The notes: generated by a model not told the origin, from the sequence alone. A stretch of DNA of 64,000 nucleotides from Phoronis australis (GCA_002633005.1 NMRA01000004.1:377846-441845), one strand, 5' to 3'. Positions 1-16,320 are shown, numbered from the stretch's first letter. Program-made: numbers and translations.

Positions 1-3000
1 CAACTTTGATTTGCACCTGTGGCAACTAATCAGTTGCGCTTTTTATGGGATTTAAAACAGGTATAAGACTATCAGTTTAGATAAGTCACGTTAAAAGGTC
101 CTAAAGTTACTGGGCCCTGCACTAAAGATCCGCAACATAAGGCAAATCTTATGCTGGTAGGATTTGCATGCAAGTGGATGAGAAAACTTCTGCTTGCAAG
201 TGGATGAGAAAGCGTGCACTGATCACCCCAGAGTATTCAGCAAATTCCTCGGCACATCAAAGGCTTGATGGCACATCACTTCTTGAAGTGAGCAAGTCAC
301 TATTCATGGTCTTGGCTAAATGTGTATTTGTGGAGATAATTGCAGTGGTAACAAACACACTTACCCAGCATACTAGTTTCCAAGGCAAAAGATGAACAAT
401 AAGTAAGACAAACGACCAATATGATTGTTTTTAAAATTGAAAAGTGAATATTGGCCATCTTCAAATTTTTAAAATTGATATATAAAAGAAATTAGTGTAT
501 AGAAATTCTTCAGCAGTGCATCTAATCCACGCGCGTTAATTTATGAATCAATTAGGATGGGTTTGTCACAGTCTGCATAGGCTTTGGAGTAACAAAACCC
601 CAAATGTTAGTGTAGGAGTTGCCTCATGGGAACTAATACAATTACCAAGAAGAAAAACTGAGCAGCCATATATCTAATAGAGCCACTTAGGTTCATTTGA
701 AGAACAATGAAAAACCTCATTCTAGTTCATTCAATTCAAAATCTTTTAGCTCACTAAGAAGAATTTTTGTTGACGTATATTTTGGGCAGAAAATTTTGAT
801 CCCCAATTAAAATACTCAGACTCCATATGTGTGTGTCTCTACAGAGGTAGCAGGTAATTCAGACCTGCACATTTTGTGTCAAATATTCCAGTGCTTTTTT
901 AGCTTGTATTATCAAAGGGATGTTGTATATTTATTCATGATAAAGGTAATTAATTGATGTCAAACTGTTTGTTCAGCTGATTTGCTTTCACCAGCCACCC
1001 CATGGGAACAGAAGCTCCATAGTGACACTGAGATTGTATGGCATGGTATCTATCAATAAGAAGGTCTTAATGTTCTGAAAATCCACAAAAATTGAGTAAA
1101 TGATATCATACTAAAGGCAACGCAAAACAGCAAATAAAACAGCATAGGTCCACCAACATACACGGTCAAACAAATCTGTGTTTACTAGTGATGTTGTTCC
1201 TTTCACAAAGAATGATCGACAAACAGAATAAAAGCTCATCTGTCAACAGTGAAAATATCTCCACACTTTATTTTTGACTGTCGAGTTCATTGGCTAAATT
1301 TAAGGCAGTGAAAAAATGGCACAGACTTCTGTAACCAATTGTGGAATTTCAGTGCTGTATCAGGGACAAAATGCATTTTTATTAAAAGCATGGTCATGTG
1401 ACAGCAGTTATAATGGCAGTGATCCAGAGTTTTCAACAGTAAATTGTCATAGATTAAAAATTAGTATTCGAAAAGAAGTTTGAGGAAAAGTGACTGTTGC
1501 AAGGAAGGAGGAAAGACCACATAAAAAAGAGAAATAAATTTGAAAATTAATCAAATAAACCTAATCAAATCCTAATGTATTGTGGGTCCAACTAATGTGC
1601 ATTCTGTTTGCCTGGCATTTGAACAATGCATAATTTAGTGTTCACATCCCTTCCGATCTGCCTTCTGAGCAGATGGCTGATCCACCATCTCAAAAAGTTA
1701 ACATTTAAGAGTTTGTCGAACATCTCATCTTCTTTCTTATCGTACAATCCCAAATCAGACAGTACAGATCAACCTTTTCATGGGAAGCCTCTGTACATTC
1801 CTGTGATATGAGCTGTGGCTAGGTTCCACCCCGTCATGGTGATAACAAATGATTGACTGTCACTAATGAAAAGAATCCTATTAGTTGACACCCTAACTGG
1901 CAGAGTTGTCCAAAGTGGACCACAGAATCTGCCGGTTGAGATGAAAGACACCATGCTGCTGTGGTTCATTAAATCACCTCAGCCTGCTGATGTTATTGTT
2001 CTCTAGACAAAAAGACCATCAAATATATATGGGAGTGACAATATTTTTAAATTTTCAATTTGAAAGTTTGTAAATAGCATACTTGAATAGTTCGTGAAAA
2101 GCACACGTGCATAGGTTTTTGAAAATTGGATGGGAAATGTGACTTTTCCAATTTAAAACGTTTGTTTAGTATTGCAATATGTTCTTCATTAATTCCGATG
2201 GGTGTGCAGCATAATTGGGCCAATTACTAAACCATCGGGCAGCAGTTGGATTTTGAGGTAAGCCAAGTACTACCGTACAATTCTTGGCATGATCAGAATT
2301 TTTCAAGTTAATGTTATACTAATTACTCGTAAGACAGCAGATCAGATGCTTGGTTTTAGACGTCCTATCTACACTGAACATTGTAATCACTGATGGCACA
2401 TAACAAGAATGTTGACATAAGTTACATTTACTTAAAAATTCAGTAATAATAATAACCAAAGAGTTAAAGGGGAGTTTAAAAACACAGGTCTAACAGAGCT
2501 AAACGAAAAAGAATGACTGGCATTAAGCATAGCGACATAACTTAAGTTGGTAAGAGGAAATTGTGAAGGGCTTCATAAATTATTCAAAAACCTCTTTATA
2601 GCTCAATAATGTCTAATTAGCCTGTTTAAGTAAACTTACACCCTCCTCCACGAACACTCCCGTTAAATCAAATTAACCTATAATCAAAGTGTCAACAATA
2701 TTAGGTATTCAAAAGTAAACCACAACTTGCGCAATGATGTTCTACAATTCAATTCAACATCATTCATTGAGGCATTTTAAAATTTTCTAGTGGCTATTTT
2801 TTCTCCTACAGGTAAATACACAGTGGCCAAAACAGAATTTGATTATGAGAAGAACAAGAATTTGTTTCATCCGAAAAGGATTTTCTAAATTCCAATTCCA
2901 ATTTTACCAAGCAACCACCTGCTAAATTTGACAGTTACATAGTTAATGCCAAGTTTTTGAAAAAATCGCATGAAATTCATGCCAAACCTTTGGAGTTTCC

Positions 3001-6000
3001 CACCCAGGATTGCAATCCTTACTTCTTTAAAAATTGTTTACCACAACATTTTCATTCAGTATAGACCTCACTCATGGTTGCTTCCAGTTATTTTAGTAGC
3101 TGATGTTCAAGGAGATTGTTTTTAAACACAATCTCCTTGAAGGCCTTTCTCTGGACCAGGTAAAGCTGTGATATTCACTTCATGAACCACTTAAGTCAAT
3201 TAATGTTAATAGCTGGGCAGATAAGTGCAAATATGCACCAGAATTGTGCAAATGATGATACAAGCACCAAATTTTCCATGATGACTCATAATAGCATACT
3301 TAAGAAATCTGTCCGACTAGCCACCTGAAAATCCAAGATGGCGGCCATTTTTCAAGATGGCCGCCGTCCGGTGTTCGTGATAATGATTTTCCTTGTAAAT
3401 CAGTATCTACCCAACCGATTTTAGCGATATTGGGGTCAAATGTTATAGTTTTGGGTATGCCTAATTCATTTTGGACACTGTGAACACTCTCAATTACATA
3501 TATTGTCAGGATAGAGACAATTATACACTTTAATTCGGTCAATTTATATAATTTTTGTCTGGGCGAATGCTTTGGTCATGCTGCATTTGTCTTGTATCAA
3601 TAGCTGATTATATATTATACATGGGGTGTACAGGTGTAGTGGTAGAGGTAGTACTTTTGTTTCAGCAGTCAGCCACATCACCTGGATCACAATTTAACAG
3701 GCATGCCAAGGACCGNAATTTTGATAAGACGATTTTCATGACATCCCTAAAACAGCAAGCCAATACTGTTTTTTCTACTGCCTGGAGATGGACCCAGGCC
3801 TCTTTGTCTCCCTAAACCTATCTATAATACTAAATATGAAAATATAAAGCATGGAAGATTTTGCTTATCATAAACTTCTCAAATTTCACTAACATGTAAG
3901 TTCAGTAGAACCTTTCGCATGTAATGTCATAACTCTGTATGCTAATGTTGGGTCAGAACTCTACATTATTCTTTCCAAAACTGACTTCTTTGAATGCAAA
4001 ACATTTTACCATAAACATCTTGTACGCCTAAATTGGCAAATCTGGAAATCAGGGTAATGAGCGCTTAACTAATAGATAGGTGCTTAAATGGGAAACTTCA
4101 AGAAATTGGGAATGGTTCTTACCCGAACATGGGTGCATAACCTATTATAAGAATGCTGCCTCTTGCCTGGGAGAAAATCTGGTTAATCCTGGGATCAAAT
4201 GCTATCCCAGAATGCCAGGTCTGACAGCTAAACTTAACATTCCCGCTAATATTTATTCAGTTCTACTTGGTGTGAAAACACCAACTATCCACCTCCTTCA
4301 AAAACACATAGTATACAGTCTTGCTGTCATCAAGAGACCAGTTTATCAGGAAATCTGGTCTAAGGTCCTACAGTGTGGAGTAAAGCAATTAACCCATTAG
4401 CAATGGCTTCACTGTGCTGGCTACAATAAATTGAATTATCGTGGACTAAAACTGGTGAATTTTCAAATTGTTTAGCTTCTGAAATTCAATTCCTCATCAG
4501 AAGTTAAATAGGATCATTTTTCTACGAAGAAATACAATAAAAATTAACTGAAATAGATGGATTAGGTTTCCATTCTTTGATACCATACCAGAGAACAAAA
4601 ACCTAAGGAGTACCCAGCCATCTTTGAAAACTGATACCCTAAATAATTGGCCTGTGAGTCCTGATAACTCAGAAAAGAACAATGGGCAAGGTTGATACCT
4701 GGATTTAGCCTTGATTCGGAAAGAAATCCCTGTAGTCTGGAGTTGCAACCAAACGGGAGTTTGGTATTGTGAGCAATAATTATTGTGCTTCTTGATGAGG
4801 CATAATGACAAAGAATGTGATGCTTGATGGACAGAAAGCCTAATTAGCTCCCATTTATGTAACCCTTAACTAGCGATGCAATCCTAATAAAGAAAAGTAT
4901 ACTACCAAGTACGTAAATGTAAACATAAGTTAATTAAACTGTATGAATGTGAGTGTGAATGAGTGTATGAAAGTCCTTCCCCTTCCCGTCCCCCCCCCTT
5001 TTATGTTAGTCTCGGCTAATTATTCGCCCAATCATTAGGAGTATTTTCCAAACACTTATTTGTTCAATTAATATGATGTACAGTGTATTATACTCTAGTA
5101 AGTTGTAAAGATATGTAGTTGGGGCTACCCAACCCCAGCCGTATCTACTATTCATTAATGATATGCTTTCTGGGTAAATAAACGTATTAAAAAAAACAAG
5201 TACTAGGTTATCAAAAGAGAATTTTAAATGCACTTTGTGGTGTTTTCAAAACGTGGGAAGCTTATGTCACATTGGGACGTGAATTGATGAACGTATTCCA
5301 GCAGTAACTGGTTGTTAGTTTTGATTTTCTGAAAATTGAAGTTGAGTTCAGGAATAATAAGCAACTTGACAATTTAACTTTTCAGTGTTTTTTGCTTTTA
5401 GGCCGGTTTAAACTTTATTATCTAAGCGAGAAAATGAAATAACACTCAATAATGCATCTAACATCGGCCAAAATATCCATAAGTATTTAAATTAAAATTT
5501 GGATTATCTTTTACTTAGTTTGAATTACCCAAAATTTTGGTGTCTACCCAATGCACTCATGAGTAATGAATGAGACGTGCAAATATCGGTCATGAAATTT
5601 CCTGCAAATTGCTATTCCCAACGTACACATGGTGCTCAATACTTCATCATTATTTACCAAAGTTTCAAAAAAATATTCCATGAAACCATTTTCAAGTGTA
5701 TGACAGCGCAGCAAAACAGTTACTTCAGCGTAGTAGAAATATATATTCTACCATAAATTTTCAACAAAATGCTGTTTCTCAATTACTCATTACTTCGTTT
5801 GCATCATCTGCACTTATGCATTAGTTATAAAATGCTTTTTGAAGGAGTGAATATGTACACAGCTAGTGTGCCACACCGATGTGTTTTCCTGCAGGTCATA
5901 AAATATGTTCTCAACTGGTTTTACCAATAATGCAAGGTTACTGGTAAAAGTAGAAGACGGGAGAACCAGTGTCTACAAATTTTGAAGTGATTACAAAAAG

Positions 6001-9000
6001 TTCAGTAGGTTACTCAACTTTGTCCACCTTTTCACATCCTGTGACAAAAAGCGCCGTTGGTAGCATTTACTCCCGCATATTGATACCATAGCATTATCAA
6101 GTTTACGGTTGGAATACACTAAAATGAAAAACTAAAACTGAGGTGGTGACCATGGTGAACTGCATCTTCATGCATCTATGCCACACTACGCCACTTCCTC
6201 AACCCTCCCTATACTATATTCCTCAAGTAATTGTCTTGATCACTCAGTATTTTGAGAATTATGGATACACATAAAATGTGAACAGTAGCAGGCAAATTTG
6301 GCTGAACAGTGATAATATACAAATCTACAGATTAACTGCTAGTCTTGCCAATTTTATGGCACTCTAAGTCCAAGGAACGAATGTTGTGGATTTTTTCAAA
6401 AGTATTTCTCAGTTTTTTTTGAAAATGTGGGATTTAGATTTTTAATACATCTTTCATTGTGTTTGTCTTTGACAATCATCATATGCAATCTTAACGAACT
6501 TGAGAAGTTTTTGAAAAATCTTACAGTTTGGGACACATGACAGATGAAATTTCATTTAGTCCAATTTCTCAATGAAAGTAACTTCTCAGGAAAATGTACT
6601 TTGCTTTTAGCATGGTTTACATGGCATAGCTATTACCAAACAACAATTACGTCTGGTAAGTCTCTGAATATACCAGTATGGCAAACTTAACAATTACCTG
6701 TGTTTGTCCCAAATGGAAGACTTTTTACTATAGTATTCAACATGGATTAAGGTGTATGCGAAACTCAGAATGCCATTATCAAAAAACAGGAGAGTTAAGG
6801 GTTCATGCACCAACATTTTCAAAAGCATACACAACATGCTCTTTAGCAGATCTATTCACCCTCCTAAAAAATATTTTTAAAAATGTGACTTTCCATTCCA
6901 TACAGAATAGACAACCTCCACCGTTATTTTGACAAAATCTTAAACCCTTTCTTACATGCTGACCATTTCCCCAATTCCCCTACTTCGTAGCACACATTCT
7001 ATGCATTGAATGGGGAAAAGCCCCTAAACTAATAATACCAAGGCCATATCAACTGAATTAGTATTTCAAACATTTTACAATTGAAATTCAAAACACCAAT
7101 CCTACATTCTGTAAATTTCTAATTGAAACAAGTATATCATGGCAAGTAATGAAAAAGTTAAAATTGAAATTAAGCATAAAAATACCAACACTTGGGTTAC
7201 TCAAGCATGTCCACTCCAGCTACAGTTCTTACTAAGTGAACTGCATCATAGACTTTTTTCTAGACTATAACAGCCATTCTGTTTTCACGGTCAATTAACA
7301 GTGACCAATTACAACCAAATCAATCAAAAAATTAGCGTACAGAAGCCACAGTTTCACAAGACGTCCATACTTCTGAACTCACCTTGTGAAGATTTAACTC
7401 GAGACTGCCTCCGGAATCGACACTGCTACTCACAATCAGGAAATTCCCTCTGGAAAATTCAATAAGTAACATGCTTTAGTAGGCATTTAGTAACTGTTGA
7501 CTTTGGAGTTGATGTCAAGTCTTTCGAAGAATCAATAAAAGACTGCAGAAACTAAGCTAGAAGTCACGTCATCTTAGTTGAAGATTCTTATTCTATGATT
7601 TTTTGGAAAGATGCAGTTTCCAAAAAAGTTGAAGAATTTTGGTGAAATTTGCCCAGGAAAACACAAACAAAATTACACAAAAATAACACTAAATCAGTAA
7701 ATCAGTTGAAAATTATTGGAAAATTTTTGGTTAAAAACTTTGTTGGATAAAATATATTTTGAACACTACTGTATGCATGAAATGTTTTGTAAAACTAATG
7801 TATTCTTAAATGTCCACGAATGTTATTACAAAACTTAAAGGCTGAACAATTTTTCAATGCAACAAAGTGCACTCTTCCAGGACAATAATGCCCATGTTCG
7901 ACACCACACCCAATATGGTAAGAAATTGTAAACACCCATGCTTGGCTTTAAGCACCCACTCCTAACTTTTATGATCAAGCACTTCCTTACATGTGACAGT
8001 TTCCTTGTGATCACCAGCATCTTTGGGAAAATTTAAACGAATTGACTGTTGGGTAAACATTGGCTGGACTTCTAAAACATTTTGTTTTTTTAAAAAACTC
8101 ATGCTTGAGTTAACACCCACCTCCTGATTTTAGACCTAATTTAATAGGCGCCCTGGGCATTAACCCAGATGAGTATGGTAATAATTCATAAACTAATTTA
8201 CTGAACAAATCAGTTTATATACTTAGACAATTCCTTTACCTTACCCAGATCATCCTTCATTAGACATTCTAATTTGTAATTGTCCTTTCATTCATGTTAG
8301 ACCGGATGTCTTATTTTCACTAAATCGATTAAAAACACCTCTATTGCAATCTTCTCAGCAAGCCATGGATCAATATCAGTGGTGCATGCACTCAGTTAAA
8401 TTCAAACCAGTCATAAGATCTTAGCCAGGTATATCTAATGACAACAGTCTGCAAACATTATTTGTTCTCCTAAAACGTTAATCCTATCCCAACAGTGGGA
8501 TCTGTTGCGTGTGCTTTTGAACAGTCAAACCAAGTCTTTTGTTGTTGTCATGGCTACATGAAGTGCGTCTCCAACAATTTGAATTTGTTTCATAACTGAT
8601 ATTCAACCAGTTTTGAGAACATAGGTGCGTTCCGCAATACGCTGGCACAAGGCACCACAAAGCAGTTTATGAAGTTGTGTCTCAAGATAGAGTTGGCTTA
8701 GTTGGGCAAATAATCTATTACAGACAAATAGCCCAATTACATGAACACACAAAGCAAACTTACATATTTTACTTTCATACTCATATTTTGAAAGTACGCT
8801 AAAATGTCGCTAATTTCGGATTAACGTAACAGCCAAAACTGCTTCTAAGATTGTCATGAATGCAAAATGTCATAGAGCAGCTATCTTATATGCTAAGTTG
8901 TTGTTTCATATCTTACATGAAAATGAAGGAAAAATTTCAATTGCTCACCATACCGCAACCTGATTTTACTAAATAACATATAATATAACAAAATATGGAA

Positions 9001-10134
9001 GTTGGATTGCATTGACAATTCTTAAAGAGGCCAAACTAAATTACAGTATTGAAAGTGGTTCTCTGCCACTGAAACAGAATTCAACATGCTCAGCAGGTAA
9101 TTTTAGGGTTTGTTTGTAAAGATTTTTAATTTCTGTTGATATCAAAGCATTTTCTTTTAGTTTCAAATTTCAAAAAAAGCAATCTGTCAACTGCTCGCCA
9201 CTTTGTGGGTTTTTCTTCCACAAAGCAAAGTACGTCTCCCGGTTATTTGGTATGGCAAGACACGGAGTAGCACATTTCCCTTATATGGGAAATGTGACCT
9301 TTGACCTCAAGCGACTTCATGCAACTGACTATGAGCACACATGCGCATTTATCACAAGTGGGAGGGAGATTAGAAACTTTGTGGTAAGCACAGTTCTTCC
9401 TCTGCGCATATTTCCAGCAAAAATCCCCATTACAAGGGAATGTGAATTACTCTATACTACACGTTGTGAGTCTCGTCAGGAATTGTTTAAAAGATATTTT
9501 TGATGAGCTTTTGCATTCCATGCCCCTTTAATGTTGTCTGTATGAAAGCTATTCAGCCCACACATATATCACTGATTCAGGTAATGCAATGGTTTTCATA
9601 TTAACCACACAAGGCACTTGAGAGCAAATGAAAAGTGGGGTTGACAAAATCGATCCTGGCTCAGACTAATCACCCTTGTATTCATTGTGTCATCAACAAA
9701 ACAATTCTTAGTTGAAGCCGTTTATTTATAAAATATATGAACATGACAATTAAAAAGGTTATAAATGTTTCCTGTTATTTTTCATTCGTTTTGGTTAGAT
9801 GAACTGCACCTGTAACACATCCCACATCTGCTAAAGAATACCAAAACAAGATAGACCTACTTGAAAAGTGAGGTCATGCTGAACTTGTCACTACAAGAAA
9901 AATACTAAATTTTGGGTGTACTTTTGTTTAAAGACTGTTCTTAACTGATTTTTTAAGCTATTTTCAGTGCTAAGTGCTACCTTAAAGTGGCTGTATTGTT
10001 GTTTACAGGCAACATTTGGGCAGGCAGGCTAGATCTTACTCAATACTTCAGTTTGCAAGCCATGGTGTGTTTGGCTGAATTGTTTATGAAAGTCATGCAT
10101 CAACATTCCTGCACAAGACCCCTAACCACCTTAT

Positions 10135-10588
10135 AGGCCTTTTCATACTAACATCGAGGCCTCCAAAGTTAACAGCTCCAGTTAACTTCGCAGTAAACAG
10201 GTGGATTTAACAGCAGAGCTCCTCGACGCTGTGGTGCAGTATGAATGGTCAACTTCGCTCCCATCGAAGTTATTGCCAGGTGCCACTGTTATCATCAACA
10301 ATTAAATGGTAGAGTAGTCGCTAATAGTTATTATATTTTGCTCGAATAATCACGAATGAAAAATAAGTTTTATGTCAATTAGCACATCTAAATCTTCCCA
10401 AGTTGTCACATTTAAAAAACCTTAGCATGCAGTGCTACCTTGCGATTACTTCGATGGCAACAGCATCACCTACCGTTCACTTCAATGTCCCGCATTAACT
10501 ATCGAAGTCAGTATGAGCGGTTTAGTTAACTTTGCAGTTCACATGGACGCTCCGCTCAGACCGGAGTTAGTTCAGTATGAAAAGGACT
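10135..10588. mobile_element. Harbinger-like MITE
   Basis: TIR AGGCCTTTTCATACT / AGTATGAAAAGGACT; 3-bp TAT flanks; internal CAGTATGA and GTTAAC repeats. Confidence 0.75.
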
Positions 10589-13500
10589 TATGACACCGAT
10601 TGTGTGGTAGGCCTCTCATGGGCAATTGTTGGCAATGTGAAGAACTTACTAGAATACCCTAACGAAACATATGATTGTGGAAATCAAGTGGTTGAAAGTT
10701 AATCATAGAAATTTGTTTTTGAATTTTTCACAAGCTGCAAGTTTATAAAATTTATGTTTATATCTCATAAATACTTGTTTTTCTCTATGGCTGCACTTTG
10801 CGAGCAAGTTTTCTGATATGCAAAATTGGTTGAATACACGACACTTGTCTCTATGAAAAAGACTTTAATTAGAGATAATGACTACGAGAGCTAAGTCATA
10901 ATCACCAACGTTTCTACAGGCATGCAAATCTGTCTCCATACATTGATTGTACAGCATCCTACCATGTTCACCTGGCTAAAAATGAAAATCATATTGGGCC
11001 GTTTAATCCGTCTGGTTGTATTGCTAACTTGATAGGACTACATAACCATTAGCAACAGGAGTCACAAGCAATGCTGACATGCACTATTTTTGAATTGGCA
11101 ATTTAGGGTGACCAACTCTCTCAAGTCACAAGCAACACAGATATGTAACTCAGGTAATCAGTAACAAAAATGTGAACACATTAACCACCATTGAAAGACA
11201 TTTGATCAACATGCAAGATTAGTTTTTTGTGACATAAAACAGTCAATACCTACAACAACCCATGCCATCAGTGTCAATTGAGCAAAATCCAATTACAGAA
11301 GCAGTCTTTCTAGTAAATAGCATACATACCCTAATGCTATTACAGAAAACTTCTAAATTGCATTTATTAATGTTCTGCTGTTAACAAGGCCGTTGATTGA
11401 AACTCAGTTTATTAGCTATTCCAAATCCCTCAAGATTAATATGGGTTGTATTTTGTTTGTGGTTAGAACTATACAGTAAGTTTTAACTGTACAACTTTGA
11501 GAAACATTGCACTCAACATTAAAGTTACATTGTTGAATCATTTTGAGATTTGTGTAACAGAATAAAAATCACTGATGTCCTTGTTGTCAGCTACTGCAGT
11601 TTTAGATAACCAATAAGCACCATTTAATTTGTTCAAGTCATTGACTCATTGGATTAATTACAAAGGTGTTGCTCCACAGGCTCAAAAGGATCAATGTTAA
11701 GAAATTTTTGTGTCAGTCAGACCAGGTTTTGCACAAAGCAAAAAGCTCTGACCATGCAATTACCAGTTTAAAGCCACCATCAAAATGAAAACAAAAGGGA
11801 AGTCTACCTTATTCATTTCACAAAGAATGCATTACCAATGGTACTGACTTCTGTTTCAATGACTCGGAAACTGCAGGTTTAAAATACTAAAATTACGTGT
11901 AGTGAGCCCCTACAAATATTGGGATTGGTGTAGTTGGGCAATAATACTAGAGTTTCATTACGATCACTATCATGATTATTATTATAAGAATAGCGTATTA
12001 ACTTAATCAATTTTATCTTGATGACTGTCTCACAAAATGTTTTATACGCTGTACTTTTTAAGTTAAAATTACATTTCAGGACATACCAAATTCAAGCTTT
12101 AAAGATCAACTCCTCTATTTTTACATTTCTAATGAAACATTATACCCTAAACAAACTTTTTAATTGTACCTTGCAGGCTACGACTGATTATATTGTGTTT
12201 TAACAACATTTATTTATTAAGCCAGTGATATCACTGGAATCCATACACCAGCTGAGGCAATGCGCACTGATACAAACGATAACTGAAACCACACCAATTT
12301 AGGACACCATATGGCAGACAGGTGAAATGTTATTCAATCACATTTTTGGAAACGATAAGTACCACAATATCACTGCTTTACAATTTTCAAGTACTGTACT
12401 ACAGATATGTACCATCAGACAATATTTTGAAAAATTATGAACACTCACAACAAAGTTAACTTTAACAAATAGAAAATTAGTGAATTCAAAAATAATTGTT
12501 TTTCATTTTCCAAAATTGTCAGTTGTGAGATTCCAAAAAGCTCTTTTGCTGATGTCACACCCACTGTTTGTGAAATTTTGTTTTTGGTGACAAGTTGCAC
12601 TTATTTGGATCAAAGCTGAATATTTTGACGCACCAAATTTGTGTGAAAGTTTGTAACTCACTTAAAATTACCTGGATTTTCTACAACTGTGACAAAACTT
12701 TCACGAAATAATACTCAATACAGGCATATTTTCTGCCTAATTTTACAACGTAAGCTGGTTTCATCCCAGATGCTGAAAATGCACCAATCCAAACAAAGGA
12801 CAAATACGGTACATAACTGTCTTTAAGAAAAGAATGTTTGTTCTACAGAGCACCTTAACCTGTTTCATGAAGTCCAATTAGACCATTTTTGGCTGTGTCC
12901 CTTGCACCTGCTCTGTTACATGCAACCCAAGACTTGAGCATCCAGTTCTAAGAAACAGCCTGGGCACATTTTAGCGCATTGGAAACCTGACCTGTTCCAC
13001 GTTTTCTATGATACTTTGTACTTTGTCAACAGCCAATAATATTAAACTTTAATCTACCAGCAAATTCCTTTTGCGAGGAGCAGAGCATATACGTATGCAT
13101 TCTCACTGACTTAAATACAGTTTTCACTAATTTTTTACCACGCTTCAAAGGGTTAAACTCTCTAAAACCTGGTAAAAAAGTGGCGTTGTGTATCTATGTG
13201 AGTTCCTAGACAAAACACTGCCAAGAATGCTTAACAATAGAACAGGTTGATATTTGCCTTGGAAATGATCACCCACCTCTCACCTGGAATACTCACAAAC
13301 AGGTGATATTTGTAATGTTGTACCTGCCCTTAAAATTCTCAGCAGACTGCTAGAATGGTGAAACCAAAGCCACAAATTTCAAATAGGACTAAGTCAAGTT
13401 AGTAAAATAATAAACTGTATACAATTCACTCTAATAAGCAACAGCCTTGTCAGAATACCATGGACTATACGATATTATTGAAAATTTTAGCCGATTTACA

Positions 13501-14213
13501 AGCCTTTTGCATATAAATTTTGCGCTCAGACCAGCGCCAGAAGGACATTACCAGAAAAAATAAAATTCCTCTTCAACTACTCAGTTTAGGACACACTGTC
13601 CAAAACCCTCTTCTCTTGGTATTCCTGCATATGTAATTAAGAAAGCTAACTCCTGGATATAAAGAACTAAAACAAAGGGTTCCATACCAAAAATATGAGA
13701 GCTCAAAATAGTTCCTTATTTTTCAAAGATGGCGATAAACATGGCTTTAATGTTTCCTGAAATCCCTGAAAGCATGTTTGGAGCCAGTTGTGAAAATTCT
13801 CAGTACCCTGTCTTAAGGTTGCCACTGGAATAGTGATACACATTCAGAAAATGTAACCTAATTACCCACCAACCAATTTAAGGCTAACAGTATACGAAAA
13901 TGGAAATAATTAATAATATCAATACTAGCACAATAAATGTACCACATGAACCTGATAAAATCGTGCTGGAGGCATTGATTATGGGACATTTAGATAGAAG
14001 AATCAGGTGTGAACTACGTCAAGCAAATGCACAAATGACGAGGCCACCCTGGAAAGTTGGTACAATACATATTAAGTGTATGCATATAGTAGGTACCCTC
14101 GATTGCGTGGTCCCACCATATGGCCTCGTAATTAAAAGTGTGTCCCAAATGAGGTGTTATTGGTGGCCTTTTCCCATTACTAGTGGTGTGCCGACGACTC
14201 AGTAAACAACAAC

Positions 14214-15030
14214 AGGCCCTTTCTCATACAATTAATTCCGCTTCTGAGCGTCGAAGCTTCAATGTTAAGTGCACTTAACCGTGAAGTTAAGTGGAGTGTT
14301 TCCATCAATTCTTGCAAGGCGGCACTAATGTGACCTTCGGTGTTTTTGTCCTCACTTGTCATCAAAAACGGCAAGGACCTCTCCCTCTCCCCAAATGGAA
14401 ACTAGAACGTCAACTTCACAAGGCAGCAACGGTTGCCCCATTGGGCCGATGACAATGTACTAGAAGATAACATATTAAAAATAATAAAAATTATAACAAA
14501 TACCCATTGTTGGCAAACGCAGGGAGTAACCCCTGCCGATAACTCCAATGGCATCGAAATTACGTGTTCCCGTTGTAACAAAGCGTCCACACTTCATTGT
14601 TAAATCCACCTCTTTAGTACGGAATTAAGTTCGATTCAAGACCAAAGTTAAGTGTTCCCGGCATGGACTGAAGCTTTTAACCAAAGCTTTGGAGCCAGTG
14701 GGAAAGTTAACTTATGTAATCTTTCATATTATTTTCAAAGCTGAACCACATATTGTTCATCAAGTGATGACAGGATCAGCCAAGTTATATATTGCAACTC
14801 ATAGTTTTAAGTATCTGTAATAATTATAAAGAACTGAGTACATTTTTGGATAATAACTGAAATGAAACACTTGTAGAAGTAGATGAGCAAAGTATTTACA
14901 AGTTTTAACACAACACAAGTCATTGTTAACAGCGACATCTAGAGATAACTTCGATGACAACACAGTAAAGTTTCCCCATAGCAGCAAGAGTCAAGTTAAC
15001 GCTTCCCTGTTAAATCCACCTCTTTAATCA
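14214..15030. mobile_element. Fragment related to the 10135 MITE family
   Basis: Starts AGGCCCTTTCTCATAC; GTTAAATCCACCT occurs at about 14599 and 15009 and matches the reverse complement of about 10199-10211. Confidence 0.5.
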
Positions 15031-16162
15031 AAACGAAACAAGTGCTTTTCACTTCAATCTAAATTTTTTTAACAGCTGTAAACTCGGCTTTTGCTGCCAA
15101 AAACAAACGTTTGATTCAGAACACTTTCTGCTAACTTATCCAGTATGATATGAAGCAATAACAAACAGTCTAACTTAAAGCTTGGGAAGTTAAGGCTAGA
15201 TTTATGATAAGTGCTCTGAATCAAGGCCTGCTTATAACTGCTTTGAAAGTATTCCTTGACCAACGGTTCCTTTAACACTGAAATGTTGACATTAGTAGGA
15301 AAGGAAGTTAGAATGAATGTATGAGTGCTTCATTTATATTAATTGAGAATATTTAAAATTCTTACATTTGTAAAAATAAATCAAATCTCGAGGGTTAACG
15401 CCCTGGGTGCTTACTAGGAAACCCTGAGACACGAGGGTGGGTGATTACACGGGCGTGGGCGTTAACCCGTGAGTTTACGGTATAATATTGCTGATTCAAA
15501 TAATTAAATGACATTAGCGTGAGATTGTTTCTACAATATTTTTGTTCTTTTGTCAGAAAAATTTATTAAACTTTTGCCGGTGATTTATAAGTCTGCTAAC
15601 CAGACAACATTAGCTGATTATTTCTATGCTATGAATATTTTTGTACCTTTGTTTGCAAACTACCAGGTATGTTTCAATTCAACATTACATACATACACGT
15701 GTTTTACAACTGTTACTCTAACTGTTGATATTATTGTTGCCAGAATAAGTAGTAACATTTTTCATTACGGAGTTCTCATTAAGCTTATGAAGGACCTATA
15801 ATTTCAAAATGTCTGTGTCATTAATATTTACAAAACTCCAACAATTAACTCAGTCTGTACTAAGTTTGTTTTCTGAAGGAAGAAAGCCTGAAGACTTTGA
15901 TTTTTAACTTTTTACCACTTTTTCATTAATTGGGTCTTGTGACCATGTCTTTTTAAGTAAAATTAAGCAAAAATAGTAAGGTGAATTTATACCAAAATAA
16001 AAATATCAATAACATGACCAAATTTCACTTGATATAAATGTTTATGCCAAAACCTCGATAATGCTCGTTGCAGTTTTCCAAAATATCATTTTAGTTTGTG
16101 CAACCTTTAACTTTTACATAAAAAACATAGAAGTCCTATTTTTACAGCTCCTAGTGCAAAAG

Positions 16163-16320
16163 CAGTGCTGTAGTGGAGCGTAGGCGCACGTAGGCGTAGC
16201 CAACCACCTTTTGGCATTTGAACGTAGCGCCTACGCACCGTAAGTTACGTTCAGTGCTCAAGGTGATACGGTGGGCTTTGGGCACCTACTTACCCCTAAT
16301 TTTACCACGTAACAGCACTG
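16163..16320. mobile_element. hAT-type MITE
   Basis: TIR CAGTGCTGT/ACAGCACTG; perfect 8-bp TSD TGCAAAAG. Confidence 0.88.

Noticed and set aside
14180-14374. Helical-looking ORF (SAALQELMETLHL)
   Set aside because: It lies at the end of a MITE-related repeat, with no splice context or recognisable domain.
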